Shown here one piece after another: positions 48,060-57,614 of a DNA stretch of 64,000 nucleotides. Made by a program: the position numbers and the translations under genes. The notes under the pieces are model-generated. The model worked only from the letters and a program-made list of their open reading frames with translations, was not told the origin of the DNA and searched no databases. Source of the stretch: an uncultured Nitrososphaerales archaeon. GTDB lineage: Archaea > Thermoproteota > Nitrososphaeria > Conexivisphaerales > UBA164. The DNA lies in assembly GCA_964342655.1 (NCBI GenBank), contig CAYFFZ010000001.1, positions 668 to 64,667 of the forward strand, read 5' to 3'. How positions within the stretch are numbered: the first letter of the stretch is position 1; every line of letters starts with the position of its first letter.

Positions 48060-48932
48060 TCAGACCACAGAAGAATTTATTATCAAAAGGGAAAGAATCT
48101 TTGCTGCAGCTATAGAAGTTATACCTGATGGATCAAGTAAAGGATTCGTCTCTACAACGTCAAAACCAACTATTTCTTTTCCCTTTAAAGACCTAATAAG
48201 ATCAAAAAGTTCTTGATAATTCATGCCCTCTGGCTCAGGGTTAGCGACTCCTGGCGCACATGATGGATCTAATACATCCATATCGACTGAAACGTAGATT
48301 TTTTCTTCTTTTATGATGTTTTTAAGAGAGTTTAGCTTTTTATCGATTAAATCATAATATGTAAAAACATTGACCCCTCTAGACTTTGCAAATTTTATTT
48401 CTTCGTCGACAAACGTGTGCGAGCCTATGTGATAAACTTTAATTTTCTTATTTTTCTCAAGAAACCTTCTTAGAAAAGTTGCGTGCGAAACCTTTAAACC
48501 GTAAAGCTCGTCTCTCATGTCAAGATGCGCGTCAAAAACTACAAGCGCCGCATCATTAAGCTCGTTTACAATAGGATAAGTTACGAGGTGTTCGCCTCCT
48601 ATGATGCCCAATACTTTATTCGCTGAAAATATTTCTTTAGAAACCTTAGAAGCACTGTTTATCATTTCATCACCGTTTGAGAAAAAAGATAGATCACCTA
48701 GATCAAAAACCGGTATTTTTTCAGCGTTAACGTTTAACTTACGGTCAACAATTTCTATGTTCCAGTAGGCTTGTCTAACTGATAAAGGAGCAAACCGCGA
48801 TCCAGGTCTATAAGAAGTAGTAAAATCAAACGGGATGCCCATTATGTATACCTTTGAATCTTCGTTCCCAGTTGATATCTTTGGAGATGGCGAAATAAAA
48901 AGTTCCCGATAGCTCATCATAATGTTTTGCAA
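48060..48932 (-). CDS. speB: agmatinase (ureohydrolase family)
   Basis: 290 aa. Mn-ligand motifs GGEHLVT, DAHLD, SVDMDVLDP. Confidence 0.85.
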   Translation of the reverse strand: MQNIMMSYRELFISPSPKISTGNEDSKVYIMGIPFDFTTSYRPGSRFAPLSVRQAYWNIEIVDRKLNVNAEKIPVFDLGDLSFFSNGDEMINSASKVSKEIFSANKVLGIIGGEHLVTYPIVNELNDAALVVFDAHLDMRDELYGLKVSHATFLRRFLEKNKKIKVYHIGSHTFVDEEIKFAKSRGVNVFTYYDLIDKKLNSLKNIIKEEKIYVSVDMDVLDPSCAPGVANPEPEGMNYQELFDLIRSLKGKEIVGFDVVETNPLLDPSGITSIAAAKILSLLIINSSVV

Positions 48933-48980
48933 ACCCGATTTTATATATTTTAACTAACAAACAAATTAAAGCAAGGTTAA

Positions 48981-50117
48981 TTATTTGCCAATTATTTTAG
49001 GTTCAAAATACTCATGTAAAAGCGGGAAGGTCGGTAATACCGTTATAAAAAACATCAAAACCCAGACATAATTTGTAAGATAGACCATTGCGTATGAAAA
49101 AACTATCGATATCCACATCCCAAGAACCATGTTTACAAAATTAACCACGGATAGAGCCATGGCAGAATATTTTTCGCCGGATAATTGCAATGATATAGCG
49201 TAAAGAGATGAAAAGGCCATTTCATCAAAAAAACCGATAAGAAACAAGCCTAGGTAAAGCGTTTCCTTTGAGCTTAAAGCCAAGAAACCAAGTCCTCCCA
49301 AAAAGACCGTAATAAAAAGAAACAATCTTTTTGACGGAAACATATCATAAAAATACGTAAAGAAACCTCCAATAAAACTGAAAGTCAGCAAAATTATGGT
49401 CACTTCGTTTCCGAACTTTAACGAACCGTTTACAAGCGCAAAATAAGAAGGAAGAAGCGTTTCTGCCGCGTAATACGAGCCCCAAAACCCTGATAACGCT
49501 ATTGCTACAAGAATTGGTTTTATATTTTTGGTTATTTTTGGTTTGCTTTTGTCGATTTCTATCCTAATGCCTAATTTTTTCATCAAAAAATAATCAGCAA
49601 GCGTAACAAGAACTCCAAATGCAGAGAGTAATGAGGTTAAAAGTTTCCAGTTATCAGCCGAATAAAGCATACCATATAAATATGCTATTATTGTGCCTAT
49701 AGCAAAAGCCGCGTTATAAACGCCCATCCAGAAACCGAGTTTTCTTTGATTTAGATACGAAATTGCGTAACCAGCTGTTGAAAAGAAAAGTCCAGCACCA
49801 GCGCCAGCTATAGCTCTAGAGATTATAAGCATTTGAAAGTTAAAGCTTAAAGCCGAAAATATCCCAGAAAATGAAAGCAAAAAGAGCCCTATAAGATAAA
49901 TTTTTACAGGCCCCTTATAAGATGCTAGGTAAGCGGCCGGCATCTGAGCTACGGCAGCACCTACAATAAACGACCAAGATATGTATCCAAGAAAAGGTTT
50001 TGGTAAAGAAAATTCTTCAATATAATATATGTATGCTGGAGAAAGAAAAACCCAGTACATGCTGTATACTGCTCTGCTGAATATTATCGAAAGGCTTGCA
50101 ATCGAGTATTTTTCCAC
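48981..50117 (-). CDS. MFS-type transporter
   Basis: 378 aa with about 11-12 hydrophobic helices arranged in two halves. Confidence 0.65.
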   Translation of the reverse strand: MEKYSIASLSIIFSRAVYSMYWVFLSPAYIYYIEEFSLPKPFLGYISWSFIVGAAVAQMPAAYLASYKGPVKIYLIGLFLLSFSGIFSALSFNFQMLIISRAIAGAGAGLFFSTAGYAISYLNQRKLGFWMGVYNAAFAIGTIIAYLYGMLYSADNWKLLTSLLSAFGVLVTLADYFLMKKLGIRIEIDKSKPKITKNIKPILVAIALSGFWGSYYAAETLLPSYFALVNGSLKFGNEVTIILLTFSFIGGFFTYFYDMFPSKRLFLFITVFLGGLGFLALSSKETLYLGLFLIGFFDEMAFSSLYAISLQLSGEKYSAMALSVVNFVNMVLGMWISIVFSYAMVYLTNYVWVLMFFITVLPTFPLLHEYFEPKIIGK

Positions 50118-50205
50118 GAGTTATTTCTAAGCAATATATTTTTAAACAATGCTCTCAATTAAGAGAGATAAGTTTATAGCCATTAGGGGCTTAAATCATT
50201 GAAGA

Positions 50206-51876
50206 TTGAAAGTACCAAAGCAGCCAGAAGTTAACATAGGAACAGCAGGACACGTAGACCACGGCAAATGCCTTACTTTAGATCAAAGCGCTTATGTTAA
50301 CGGTTCTTTTTATAAAGGTATAGAAATATTTAAAGAAATTATCGGTTATGATTTCAAAAGTAATTACAATGAACTTTTGTTCAATTTCCCCATGCTTTCT
50401 GTTTCCTTGAAACAAAGAAGCTTGATAAAAAGTTACGGTTATGCTTACCTTCAAAAGTATAATGGGAAAATTAATGTGGTAAAAACGGAAACCGGAAGGT
50501 CGATTTCTGTTACGCCTGTACATAAGCTTTTAGTTAAAGGTTATGGCTGGAAAAGTGCCTCATCAATAAACGCTGGTGAATCGATTCTAGTTTATGAAAA
50601 AAATAAGATCGTTGAAGATAAAGTAACAGAAGTTAAGGAAAGCCATTATGAAGGTTACCTTTTTGACTTGAGCGTGCCTCTGCACCACAATTTTGTATCT
50701 ACTGATGGAATAATTTCACATAACACGACTCTTGTCGAGGCTATAACAGGTAAATGGACTAGTATGCACAGCGAGGAACTTAAAAGAGGTATTACTATAA
50801 AGATAGGTTATGCAGATGCCGCTGTATATGAATGCCCAGAATTACCTGAGCCTGAAAGGTTTAATACAGAAGGAAACTGCCCAAAAGGAGATGCAAAGCT
50901 AAGAAGGGTAATAAGCTTTATCGATTCTCCGGGTCACGAAAGCTTAATGTCGGTCATGCTTAGCGGAGCAGCGCTTATGGATGGTTCGCTTCTTGTTATA
51001 GCCGCAAACGAGCCTGTACCTCAGCCTCAAACAAGAGAACATCTTCAAGCACTTAAAATGATAGGAATTAAAAATATAGTTGTGGTTCAAAATAAGGTTG
51101 ATCTTGTAACTTATAATCAAGCTTTAAACAATTATAATAAGATCGTTGAATTTTTAAATTCGTTCGGATTTGATCAGGTCCCAATAATCCCAGTATCAGC
51201 TCAAAAAAAGCTAAACATTGATGCGCTTTTACAGGCAATAGAAGAATACATACCAACGCCACAAAGAAATCCTGACGCCCCTGCGCTAATGCAGGTTTTG
51301 AGATCTTTTGACATAAACAAACCCGGAACCCGTATTTCAGATCTCAAGGGAGGAGTCCTTGGAGGTTCGCTTAAACAAGGAAGGTTAAGGGTTGGCGATA
51401 AAATAGAAATAAAACCCGGGATACCCGTTAAAGGTTCCTATCAGCCCATAATAACGGAAGTGGTAAGTTTAGCTACATCTAGCGGGCAAGTGGAAGAAGT
51501 TTTGCCAGGGGGATTGATAGCTATAGGTACAAAGTTAGATCCCATATTTACTAAGAATGATGTGATGGTTGGAAACTATGTTGCACAAGTTGGGTTTTTG
51601 CCGAATCCCGTTAATGAGATAGTAATTAAATATGAACTTTTTGAGTACGTGATAGGTTTAAAGGAAATGGTAAGGTATGAAAAAATAAAACAAGGAGAAA
51701 ACATACGGTTAAACATAGGGACCATGACGAACCTAGGAGTTGTGGAAGAAGTAACAAAAGATATAATGAGGATCAGATTAAGAAGGCCTGCCGTTACATT
51801 GCGTGGGGACAGGGTGGCAATAAGCAGAATGGTAGCCGATAGGTGGAGGCTTGCGGGCTCAGGCACAATATTATGA
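50206..51876 (+). CDS. eif2g: translation initiation factor aIF2 gamma subunit, interrupted by a mini-intein
   Basis: 556 aa with a TTG start. Exteins read NIGTAGHVDHGK|TTLVEAITGKWTSMHSEELKRGITIK...DSPGHE...NKVD. The spliced length of 404 aa is typical. Confidence 0.9.
   Translation: MKVPKQPEVNIGTAGHVDHGKCLTLDQSAYVNGSFYKGIEIFKEIIGYDFKSNYNELLFNFPMLSVSLKQRSLIKSYGYAYLQKYNGKINVVKTETGRSISVTPVHKLLVKGYGWKSASSINAGESILVYEKNKIVEDKVTEVKESHYEGYLFDLSVPLHHNFVSTDGIISHNTTLVEAITGKWTSMHSEELKRGITIKIGYADAAVYECPELPEPERFNTEGNCPKGDAKLRRVISFIDSPGHESLMSVMLSGAALMDGSLLVIAANEPVPQPQTREHLQALKMIGIKNIVVVQNKVDLVTYNQALNNYNKIVEFLNSFGFDQVPIIPVSAQKKLNIDALLQAIEEYIPTPQRNPDAPALMQVLRSFDINKPGTRISDLKGGVLGGSLKQGRLRVGDKIEIKPGIPVKGSYQPIITEVVSLATSSGQVEEVLPGGLIAIGTKLDPIFTKNDVMVGNYVAQVGFLPNPVNEIVIKYELFEYVIGLKEMVRYEKIKQGENIRLNIGTMTNLGVVEEVTKDIMRIRLRRPAVTLRGDRVAISRMVADRWRLAGSGTIL
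50269..50724 (+). mobile_element. class 1 mini-intein (152 aa) in the G1/P-loop of aIF2 gamma
   Basis: Starts with Cys (TGC at 50269) and ends in His-Asn (50719-50724), followed by +1 Thr. Block B is TPVH. Blocks F/G are GYLFDLSV..HHNFV..GIISHN. There is no room for a homing-endonuclease domain. Confidence 0.85.
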
Positions 51877-52241
51877 AAGTAATATTTGACACAAGTTTTA
51901 TTATATATCTTTTAGAAAAGCCCAGTTTTGTGCTCGATAGAATAATCGATGAAATGGGTATGCCAGAGATAACCGTTCCAAACTCAGTCATAAGAGAGCT
52001 TGAAAAACTTTCGAAAAAGAAAAAGATTCTAAAAAATTATAGATTATTGAACATAGAGACATTTAAAGAATTTAACGGAAAAGCTGATGATGACATATTA
52101 AATCTCGCTTTAAAAACAAAATTTCCTGTTTTTACTTTAGACCTCGAACTTGCCAAAAGGCTTAGCGAGCTCGGGCTCCCATGCTATACGATATCAAACG
52201 ACAAAATAGTTACGTGTTCTTTTCACAAAATATTAAAATAA
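51873..52241 (+). CDS. PIN-domain protein, Fcf1/Utp24-like
   Basis: MKVIFDTSFII..., SVIRELEKL, GKADDDIL, TLDLEL carry the PIN acidic residues. The ATG at 51873 forms an ATGA overlap with the aIF2-gamma stop. The track start at 51843 is probably too early. Confidence 0.7.
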   Translation: MKVIFDTSFIIYLLEKPSFVLDRIIDEMGMPEITVPNSVIRELEKLSKKKKILKNYRLLNIETFKEFNGKADDDILNLALKTKFPVFTLDLELAKRLSELGLPCYTISNDKIVTCSFHKILK

Positions 52242-52262
52242 AAACTGACAGAATTATTTAGC

Positions 52263-53606
52263 ATGATATTTGGCACTTCTGGAGTTAGAGGTTTTATCGA
52301 TCAAAATCTTAAACCCAATTTAGCTTATAAATTAACAATAGCATATTACAAGTATTCTGGTTATAAAACAATTGTTGTCGGCCAAGATGATAGACGTCAG
52401 TCAAAAATTTTAAAGGGGGCCGTCATTGACGCTCTTCTGTCACAGGGCGTAAATGTGTTAGATATTGGCCTAGCACCAACGCCTGTTATTGCACGATTAA
52501 CAAAAGAATTAAATGCCGAAGGAGCTGTTGCAGTAACAGGAAGCCATACGCCACCTTACATAGCTGGAGTTTTATACTTTTTAAATGATACAGGAGAGCT
52601 AGGCCTCAGAGATTCTTTAAAAGTGGAAAAAATTTTCGAAAGAATTTCAGACTCTCCAGTAGGCTGGAAGAAATTGGGCAGACTGGAGTATGTTGACAAC
52701 GCAGTGGAGTTATACGTAAAGAGCATTTTAAGGGACGCTAAAAAGGTGAAAAATTACAGGTTTGTCTTTGATGCTGCAAACGGAGTAGCTGGATCCTACG
52801 CTAAAGCTGTTTTTGAAGAATTAGGGCTCAATTATGGTCTGCTAAATCATTTACCGCTAGGTAGCTTTCCCAACAGATTGCCAAGCCCAACGTTAAAACA
52901 TCTAAGAAAGACCAGCAAGGAAGTTCGGGAAAAAGGTTTTGAATTTGGGATTGCAACTGATGCCGATGGCGATAGGGCCATTTTTATAGATAACACTGGA
53001 AAAATAATAATAGGTGATATAACTGGTGCTTATTTTGCTTCTCGCGAATTAGAATTTAAAAAAGGTAAAATAGTCACACCAATTAATTCATCGGATTCAA
53101 TAATCGAAATAGCTAGACAGTATAAAATAAAACTAATATGGACAAAAGTGGGTCCTCCTGCAATAGTTGATGCTATAAGAAAAAATAAAAACGATGTTGT
53201 TTTCGCTTTTGAAGAATCGGGGAAATACATATGGCCTAAAACTTTGCTTTATGGCGATTCGGTTTATTCCGTAATAAAAGCCATGGAAGACCCACAGTTC
53301 TTAGAGAATCTAAAAAAGATACCTAAGTTTTACGTCGTTAAAAGAGAGGTTAGATGCGCAGACGAGATCAAGTACACAGTAATAAATGAAGTTGATAAAA
53401 TCACAGAGGGGAAAAAGATACGCAAAGACGGAATAAAAATATACTATAAAAAGCATGCGTGGATGCTTGTGAGGGCTTCTGGCACAGAGCCACTGATCAG
53501 GGTTTTTGGTCACGATAAAGTGCTAAAAAACGCAGAAAACATAGCTAGGTCTGGTGTTGAAATTGTCAAGGAGGTCAAGAAAAAAATTGAAGGTTCATTT
53601 CATTAA
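52263..53606 (+). CDS. phosphoglucomutase/phosphomannomutase family protein
   Basis: 447 aa. FGTSGVRG, active-site loop VTGSHTPP, metal loop ATDADGDR. Confidence 0.85.
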   Translation: MIFGTSGVRGFIDQNLKPNLAYKLTIAYYKYSGYKTIVVGQDDRRQSKILKGAVIDALLSQGVNVLDIGLAPTPVIARLTKELNAEGAVAVTGSHTPPYIAGVLYFLNDTGELGLRDSLKVEKIFERISDSPVGWKKLGRLEYVDNAVELYVKSILRDAKKVKNYRFVFDAANGVAGSYAKAVFEELGLNYGLLNHLPLGSFPNRLPSPTLKHLRKTSKEVREKGFEFGIATDADGDRAIFIDNTGKIIIGDITGAYFASRELEFKKGKIVTPINSSDSIIEIARQYKIKLIWTKVGPPAIVDAIRKNKNDVVFAFEESGKYIWPKTLLYGDSVYSVIKAMEDPQFLENLKKIPKFYVVKREVRCADEIKYTVINEVDKITEGKKIRKDGIKIYYKKHAWMLVRASGTEPLIRVFGHDKVLKNAENIARSGVEIVKEVKKKIEGSFH

Positions 53607-54149
53607 AATCAGGTCAAATGGGCGAGATATTTGAGAAAGCCAGTCAACTTTATCGAATATTTTAAACCCTTTGTTTATTGAAGCGTAAATCCTGAAAGCC
53701 GTATAACTTGGATCATCGTTAGAAGCATCTACTTGATTGACCTTTTTATATCCAACCTTTTCTAAAGCCATCTTTAAACAGCTATCGAGGTATTCAGAAG
53801 TTATGTTATTTTTTATCTTTTCAAGATCGTAGTTTCTTATCAAATATCTATAAAACAATATTTTTGGGTTGCACCTTAACACATAAACCTCTTTAATTTT
53901 TCTTGCGTCCAAATAATCTAAAGCGTATAAACCTGAAATTATACCTTCTTCTAGCTTTTTTAAGGCTCTTTTAGCTTTTTTATCGTCGATAACTATTTCA
54001 TCGTTCTTCAACTTAGCAGCATTTATCTTTAAAAGGTAATCTGAGTAATCTATATGTTCAACTTTAAGCATTTCGGCGAGCGCTCTAGCAACAACAGTTT
54101 TACCTGTTGCCGGGCAACCCACGATGGCTATTATGCCTTTTTCACTCAA
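53595..54149 (-). CDS. adenylate kinase isoenzyme 6 / Fap7-like NTPase
   Basis: 184 aa. IAIVGCPATGKTVVA (Walker A) and VYVLRCNPKILFYRYL, as in Fap7/AK6 proteins. Confidence 0.65.
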   Translation of the reverse strand: MSEKGIIAIVGCPATGKTVVARALAEMLKVEHIDYSDYLLKINAAKLKNDEIVIDDKKAKRALKKLEEGIISGLYALDYLDARKIKEVYVLRCNPKILFYRYLIRNYDLEKIKNNITSEYLDSCLKMALEKVGYKKVNQVDASNDDPSYTAFRIYASINKGFKIFDKVDWLSQISRPFDLILMK

Positions 54150-54155
54150 TCAACA

Positions 54156-54404
54156 TCATGGTTTACTTTTACCCTTAACTTCTTTTTCTTCGCTCTTACC
54201 CTTTACATTCTCAACTTCTTTTGTGAAACCTTCAATCTTTGAAATCAATACTATTACTGAAAAGACCCACAATATTCCCGCCATTATATAATAAATCCAT
54301 CTAATTATGATGTTTGCCTGATGGTATGAAAGCAGGAAAATGTAGACTCCTAACAGTATCACAGGTATCGTAAGTACTTTAGCTATAATTTCTTCAAACT
54401 TCAT
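54156..54404 (-). CDS. small two-TM membrane protein
   Basis: 82 aa with two hydrophobic helices and a Lys/Glu-rich tail. 4-nt overlap with top6A. Confidence 0.4.
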   Translation of the reverse strand: MKFEEIIAKVLTIPVILLGVYIFLLSYHQANIIIRWIYYIMAGILWVFSVIVLISKIEGFTKEVENVKGKSEEKEVKGKSKP

Positions 54405-55465
54405 TTTTCCATCTCCTTTAACTTATTAGGTAAATATTTATCTACTATATAAGTTAATCCATACCTGGCAAAGGCCTCCTGTTCTGATTTTTTCTTTATA
54501 CGTAAAAATTCATCTATTTCCCTCTTCCATATTTCTTCGTTATACCTTGGGTCTTCTTTGAGTTCATAAAGCCTTTTGATATCTATTTCTGTAAGACGAT
54601 CGCTTGGTAGTTTATAATATGTTATGTCAGATGCCCAGACCCCTGCCCATTTAGCATCTGGAGTTACAAGATCTGTAACGTGAGCGGCATTTGCTGAACC
54701 TGATATAATGACCATAGCTATATGCATGCCCCATGGATCAGCGTCGGTAAATATATAGACCGGAAGCCCGAGCTCTTTGTTTAAGCGCCTGATCAAATAC
54801 CTAGTGCTGCGTGGAGCTTGTCCCGCAGTTGCTATCAGTATAGACTTGTATTTACTATAAACTTTTTCTTCTATAAACCTTGTAAAAAGAGCTCCTTTTT
54901 CAATTACAATGACTTTGTTAGCAGAAGTTTTTACAAAGTTTGCGGTTGTTAACGCTGGACCGATCATAACACCATCCGGGTGAGTTGTTAGAACAAGCCT
55001 TTTTCCTTCATAACCGGGCACCGTGTACTCTATAGTAAGATCTCCAAATATTGCGCTTCTTTCTTCCGGATAGATGTTAAGGTCCTCACGCGGCATTTTG
55101 ATTATGCTCTCTAGTTCCGTTATCATTTCATCTGATTCGTCTTGATCCTCAAAATCAACCCTGTAGGCCTGGGCAGAATAATAAATATCTCTCAAGGTTG
55201 AGGTTTTGTTGTTTTTTAAAAGTTCTTTACTAAAATAGGCAATCCACAAGAGCTGAGTGAACGCCCTTAAGTGTTTGATGTTTTTGGTGGTTCTGAATAT
55301 TTTTTCATCGCCTAATACATATTGCCTTAAATTTAGATCGTACTTTATGTTATCTACCGACCTGCTGGGTATTTCAAGAGCAGGAAACCTGTTGTTTTTT
55401 ATGTCATCTACTACCTTATTTCCTAGAAAAGTTAACCGTTTTAGAGCTTCCTGTTTCCTATTCAA
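54401..55465 (-). CDS. top6A: DNA topoisomerase VI subunit A (Spo11-like)
   Basis: 354 aa. Winged-helix 5Y-CAP region, then a Toprim domain (VIVIEKGALF..., IFTDADPWGMHI). Confidence 0.9.
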   Translation of the reverse strand: MNRKQEALKRLTFLGNKVVDDIKNNRFPALEIPSRSVDNIKYDLNLRQYVLGDEKIFRTTKNIKHLRAFTQLLWIAYFSKELLKNNKTSTLRDIYYSAQAYRVDFEDQDESDEMITELESIIKMPREDLNIYPEERSAIFGDLTIEYTVPGYEGKRLVLTTHPDGVMIGPALTTANFVKTSANKVIVIEKGALFTRFIEEKVYSKYKSILIATAGQAPRSTRYLIRRLNKELGLPVYIFTDADPWGMHIAMVIISGSANAAHVTDLVTPDAKWAGVWASDITYYKLPSDRLTEIDIKRLYELKEDPRYNEEIWKREIDEFLRIKKKSEQEAFARYGLTYIVDKYLPNKLKEMEK

Positions 55466-56972
55466 GTTCGTTCACCTTTACGGAATTTATCAAAGATGAT
55501 ACGTCTGGAGCCTTTGTCTCACCCAGCAGAGCGGCAAATTTTGCTATCATTGGCAAATATAGCTCATAAATGTTCTTTCTTTTCTTTTGTGCTTCGATTT
55601 TTACTTTTTTCCCTATAAAAAGAGAATACTCTCTGAGAACTTTTTGCAAAGCTAGCTTTAATTCCTTTTCAACTTCTGGTATATCTGCCACAAACTCCTT
55701 ACCAACTGTTTTATAAGGAACTTTAGTCGAACAAACATGAGTGAGTATAATTACGGGTTCGTCCTCATTTATTTTATATCGTTTTAAATCAATTTCTTCG
55801 TTTAATATTTTCCAAGCTACGTCGCTTTTTTCATCGTAAAGAAGCGGTATCCTATTAGCGTACCTTAAGACCTTTATGCCTGGCGCTCTATCCGAGGCAA
55901 CCGCCGCTTCAACTATAAAAGGAAAACCCTCATAAGAAGAAGGTTTCCTTGAAAGAGCATAAACAAACTGCGGATTGAGTTCCTTTTTTATCCCTTCTTT
56001 TATTAACTCTTCACCAAGTGGCGATAAACAGGAAGGATCTGGAGGAAGAAACTTCTCATAGTTTTTCATAGCCTCTATAAGCCTCATCATTTCTTCCATC
56101 TTGAGCTCTGAAGGACGTTTGTTAGGGTCTACATTAGCCCTGCTTAGAAGTTCAAGCGCTGTTTTCTTTCCTACTCTTTGAAAACTATTTATCAGAAGCC
56201 CTGTTACCGTTTTTGAAGTGGACCTTTGAACTATTCTTCTCAGCAATTCTAGATCAACTCCTTTTGGATGGGGTTGAACTTCTTTAGGAGGCCTTGGAAC
56301 GCTCTCAACGCTTCTTTTAAAAGCAAAAACTTCTCCGTTAGGGTCCTCAAATATTATGTTTGCGTACGGGGTAAAAAGCGCTAGCCTTTTGAAATATTCC
56401 TGAATTTTCTGCGAACTTCTAACATAGTCCCCAAGTAAGTTTATCCTTATAGCTGTGCCCCTCCAGTTTTCTGGCGAAAATTTTTTATGTTTAAGAACCA
56501 AAGGTCTGTTGTTCTCGATGTCTATCATGAGCTCAAAATAGTGCGTTTCCTCATTCCCAGTATTGCTCCAAACACGAAGTGGCTTGTTGGTCGTTATCTG
56601 GGCGTAAAGAATGCTCATAGTTCCTCCCATTCCAAATGTCCCTCTGGATTGTTTTAATGTAAATTTTGAGCCATAAAATACCTTACCTAACGCTCTAGGC
56701 AGCTTTTCAGGAGGAATGCCTATTCCGTTATCCTTAATGTATATTTCAAATTCCTTTATGTCTGAAGGAGACGGGTTGGTCTCTGTTATTCTTATTATTA
56801 TATCTGGTAGAATTCCGTACCCATCGCACGCATCAAGAGAATTTTCTACGAGCTCTCTAACTGCTGAATAAAGAGCTCTTGCTGGATTGCTAAAACCAGC
56901 TAGCTCTCGGTGCTGGTAAAAAAATTCGCTGGGTGATATTTCTTTAAATGAAATCATGCTTCGCTCTCCCAA
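55458..56972 (-). CDS. top6B: DNA topoisomerase VI subunit B
   Basis: 504 aa. GHKL/Bergerat ATP-binding motifs RELVENSLDA, DNGIGI, GTFGMGG. Confidence 0.9.
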   Translation of the reverse strand: MGERSMISFKEISPSEFFYQHRELAGFSNPARALYSAVRELVENSLDACDGYGILPDIIIRITETNPSPSDIKEFEIYIKDNGIGIPPEKLPRALGKVFYGSKFTLKQSRGTFGMGGTMSILYAQITTNKPLRVWSNTGNEETHYFELMIDIENNRPLVLKHKKFSPENWRGTAIRINLLGDYVRSSQKIQEYFKRLALFTPYANIIFEDPNGEVFAFKRSVESVPRPPKEVQPHPKGVDLELLRRIVQRSTSKTVTGLLINSFQRVGKKTALELLSRANVDPNKRPSELKMEEMMRLIEAMKNYEKFLPPDPSCLSPLGEELIKEGIKKELNPQFVYALSRKPSSYEGFPFIVEAAVASDRAPGIKVLRYANRIPLLYDEKSDVAWKILNEEIDLKRYKINEDEPVIILTHVCSTKVPYKTVGKEFVADIPEVEKELKLALQKVLREYSLFIGKKVKIEAQKKRKNIYELYLPMIAKFAALLGETKAPDVSSLINSVKVNELE

Positions 56973-57508
56973 AGTTTTAAACGGTCCTTCTTTAACATGG
57001 TCCTTATTCTTTGAAGCTTATTAAACACGCTCACATGCCGAGCCCCTTTTATTAAATCCATTACAGCGTCTGCCGCTATCTTAACGTCATCCGGTTTTCC
57101 TATGATCGCTATGTGATCTCCATAAACAGAAATCTTCGTATCGGTTAGCTGTTCTATTCTTTTTCTGGCTGACCCGTTTGTTCCAATAATCCTTGATCTG
57201 ATCCTTATCATTGAATTTCGCGTGTTCGCGTAATCCCTCAGGTTTATGACAACCATTGTATAGCCTTCTCTAAGAAGGTCTGAAGCCCTTTCAGGCGAAA
57301 ATCCTCGTCCTAGAGCTTCAATAAAGATCGAAGCTGTAAACGGGTCAGAGTCTGGTTCTGACGCCGTTATTTTAACTTCATTTGAATCACTGTCTATCTC
57401 AAGCTTAACCTTGAAGGTATCTTCTATGAATTTTTTTTCTTCTCCGTTTTTACCTATGATCACTCCAATTCTGTCTTTGTTGACTTTAATAGCTTTAATA
57501 AACTCCAT
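56954..57508 (-). CDS. KH-domain RNA-binding protein (Dim2/Pno1-like)
   Basis: 184 aa. Two KH modules, with RIGVIIGKNGEEKK and RIIGTNGSARKRIE (GxxG loops). Confidence 0.75.
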   Translation of the reverse strand: MEFIKAIKVNKDRIGVIIGKNGEEKKFIEDTFKVKLEIDSDSNEVKITASEPDSDPFTASIFIEALGRGFSPERASDLLREGYTMVVINLRDYANTRNSMIRIRSRIIGTNGSARKRIEQLTDTKISVYGDHIAIIGKPDDVKIAADAVMDLIKGARHVSVFNKLQRIRTMLKKDRLKLWESEA

Positions 57509-57614
57509 TACGACAAGAAATATGCTTTTTATGTGTTATAAAAGTTTTCTAAATGTTCAATTCTTCTTAAGTTTTTAAGGAAAGATTATTATTCCATTTG
57601 AATAACATAAATCA

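Noticed and set aside
51873-52241. PIN-domain protein considered as a VapC toxin of a toxin-antitoxin pair.
   Set aside because: No antitoxin-sized ORF lies upstream. The start overlaps the aIF2-gamma stop, a conserved housekeeping (Fcf1-like) arrangement.
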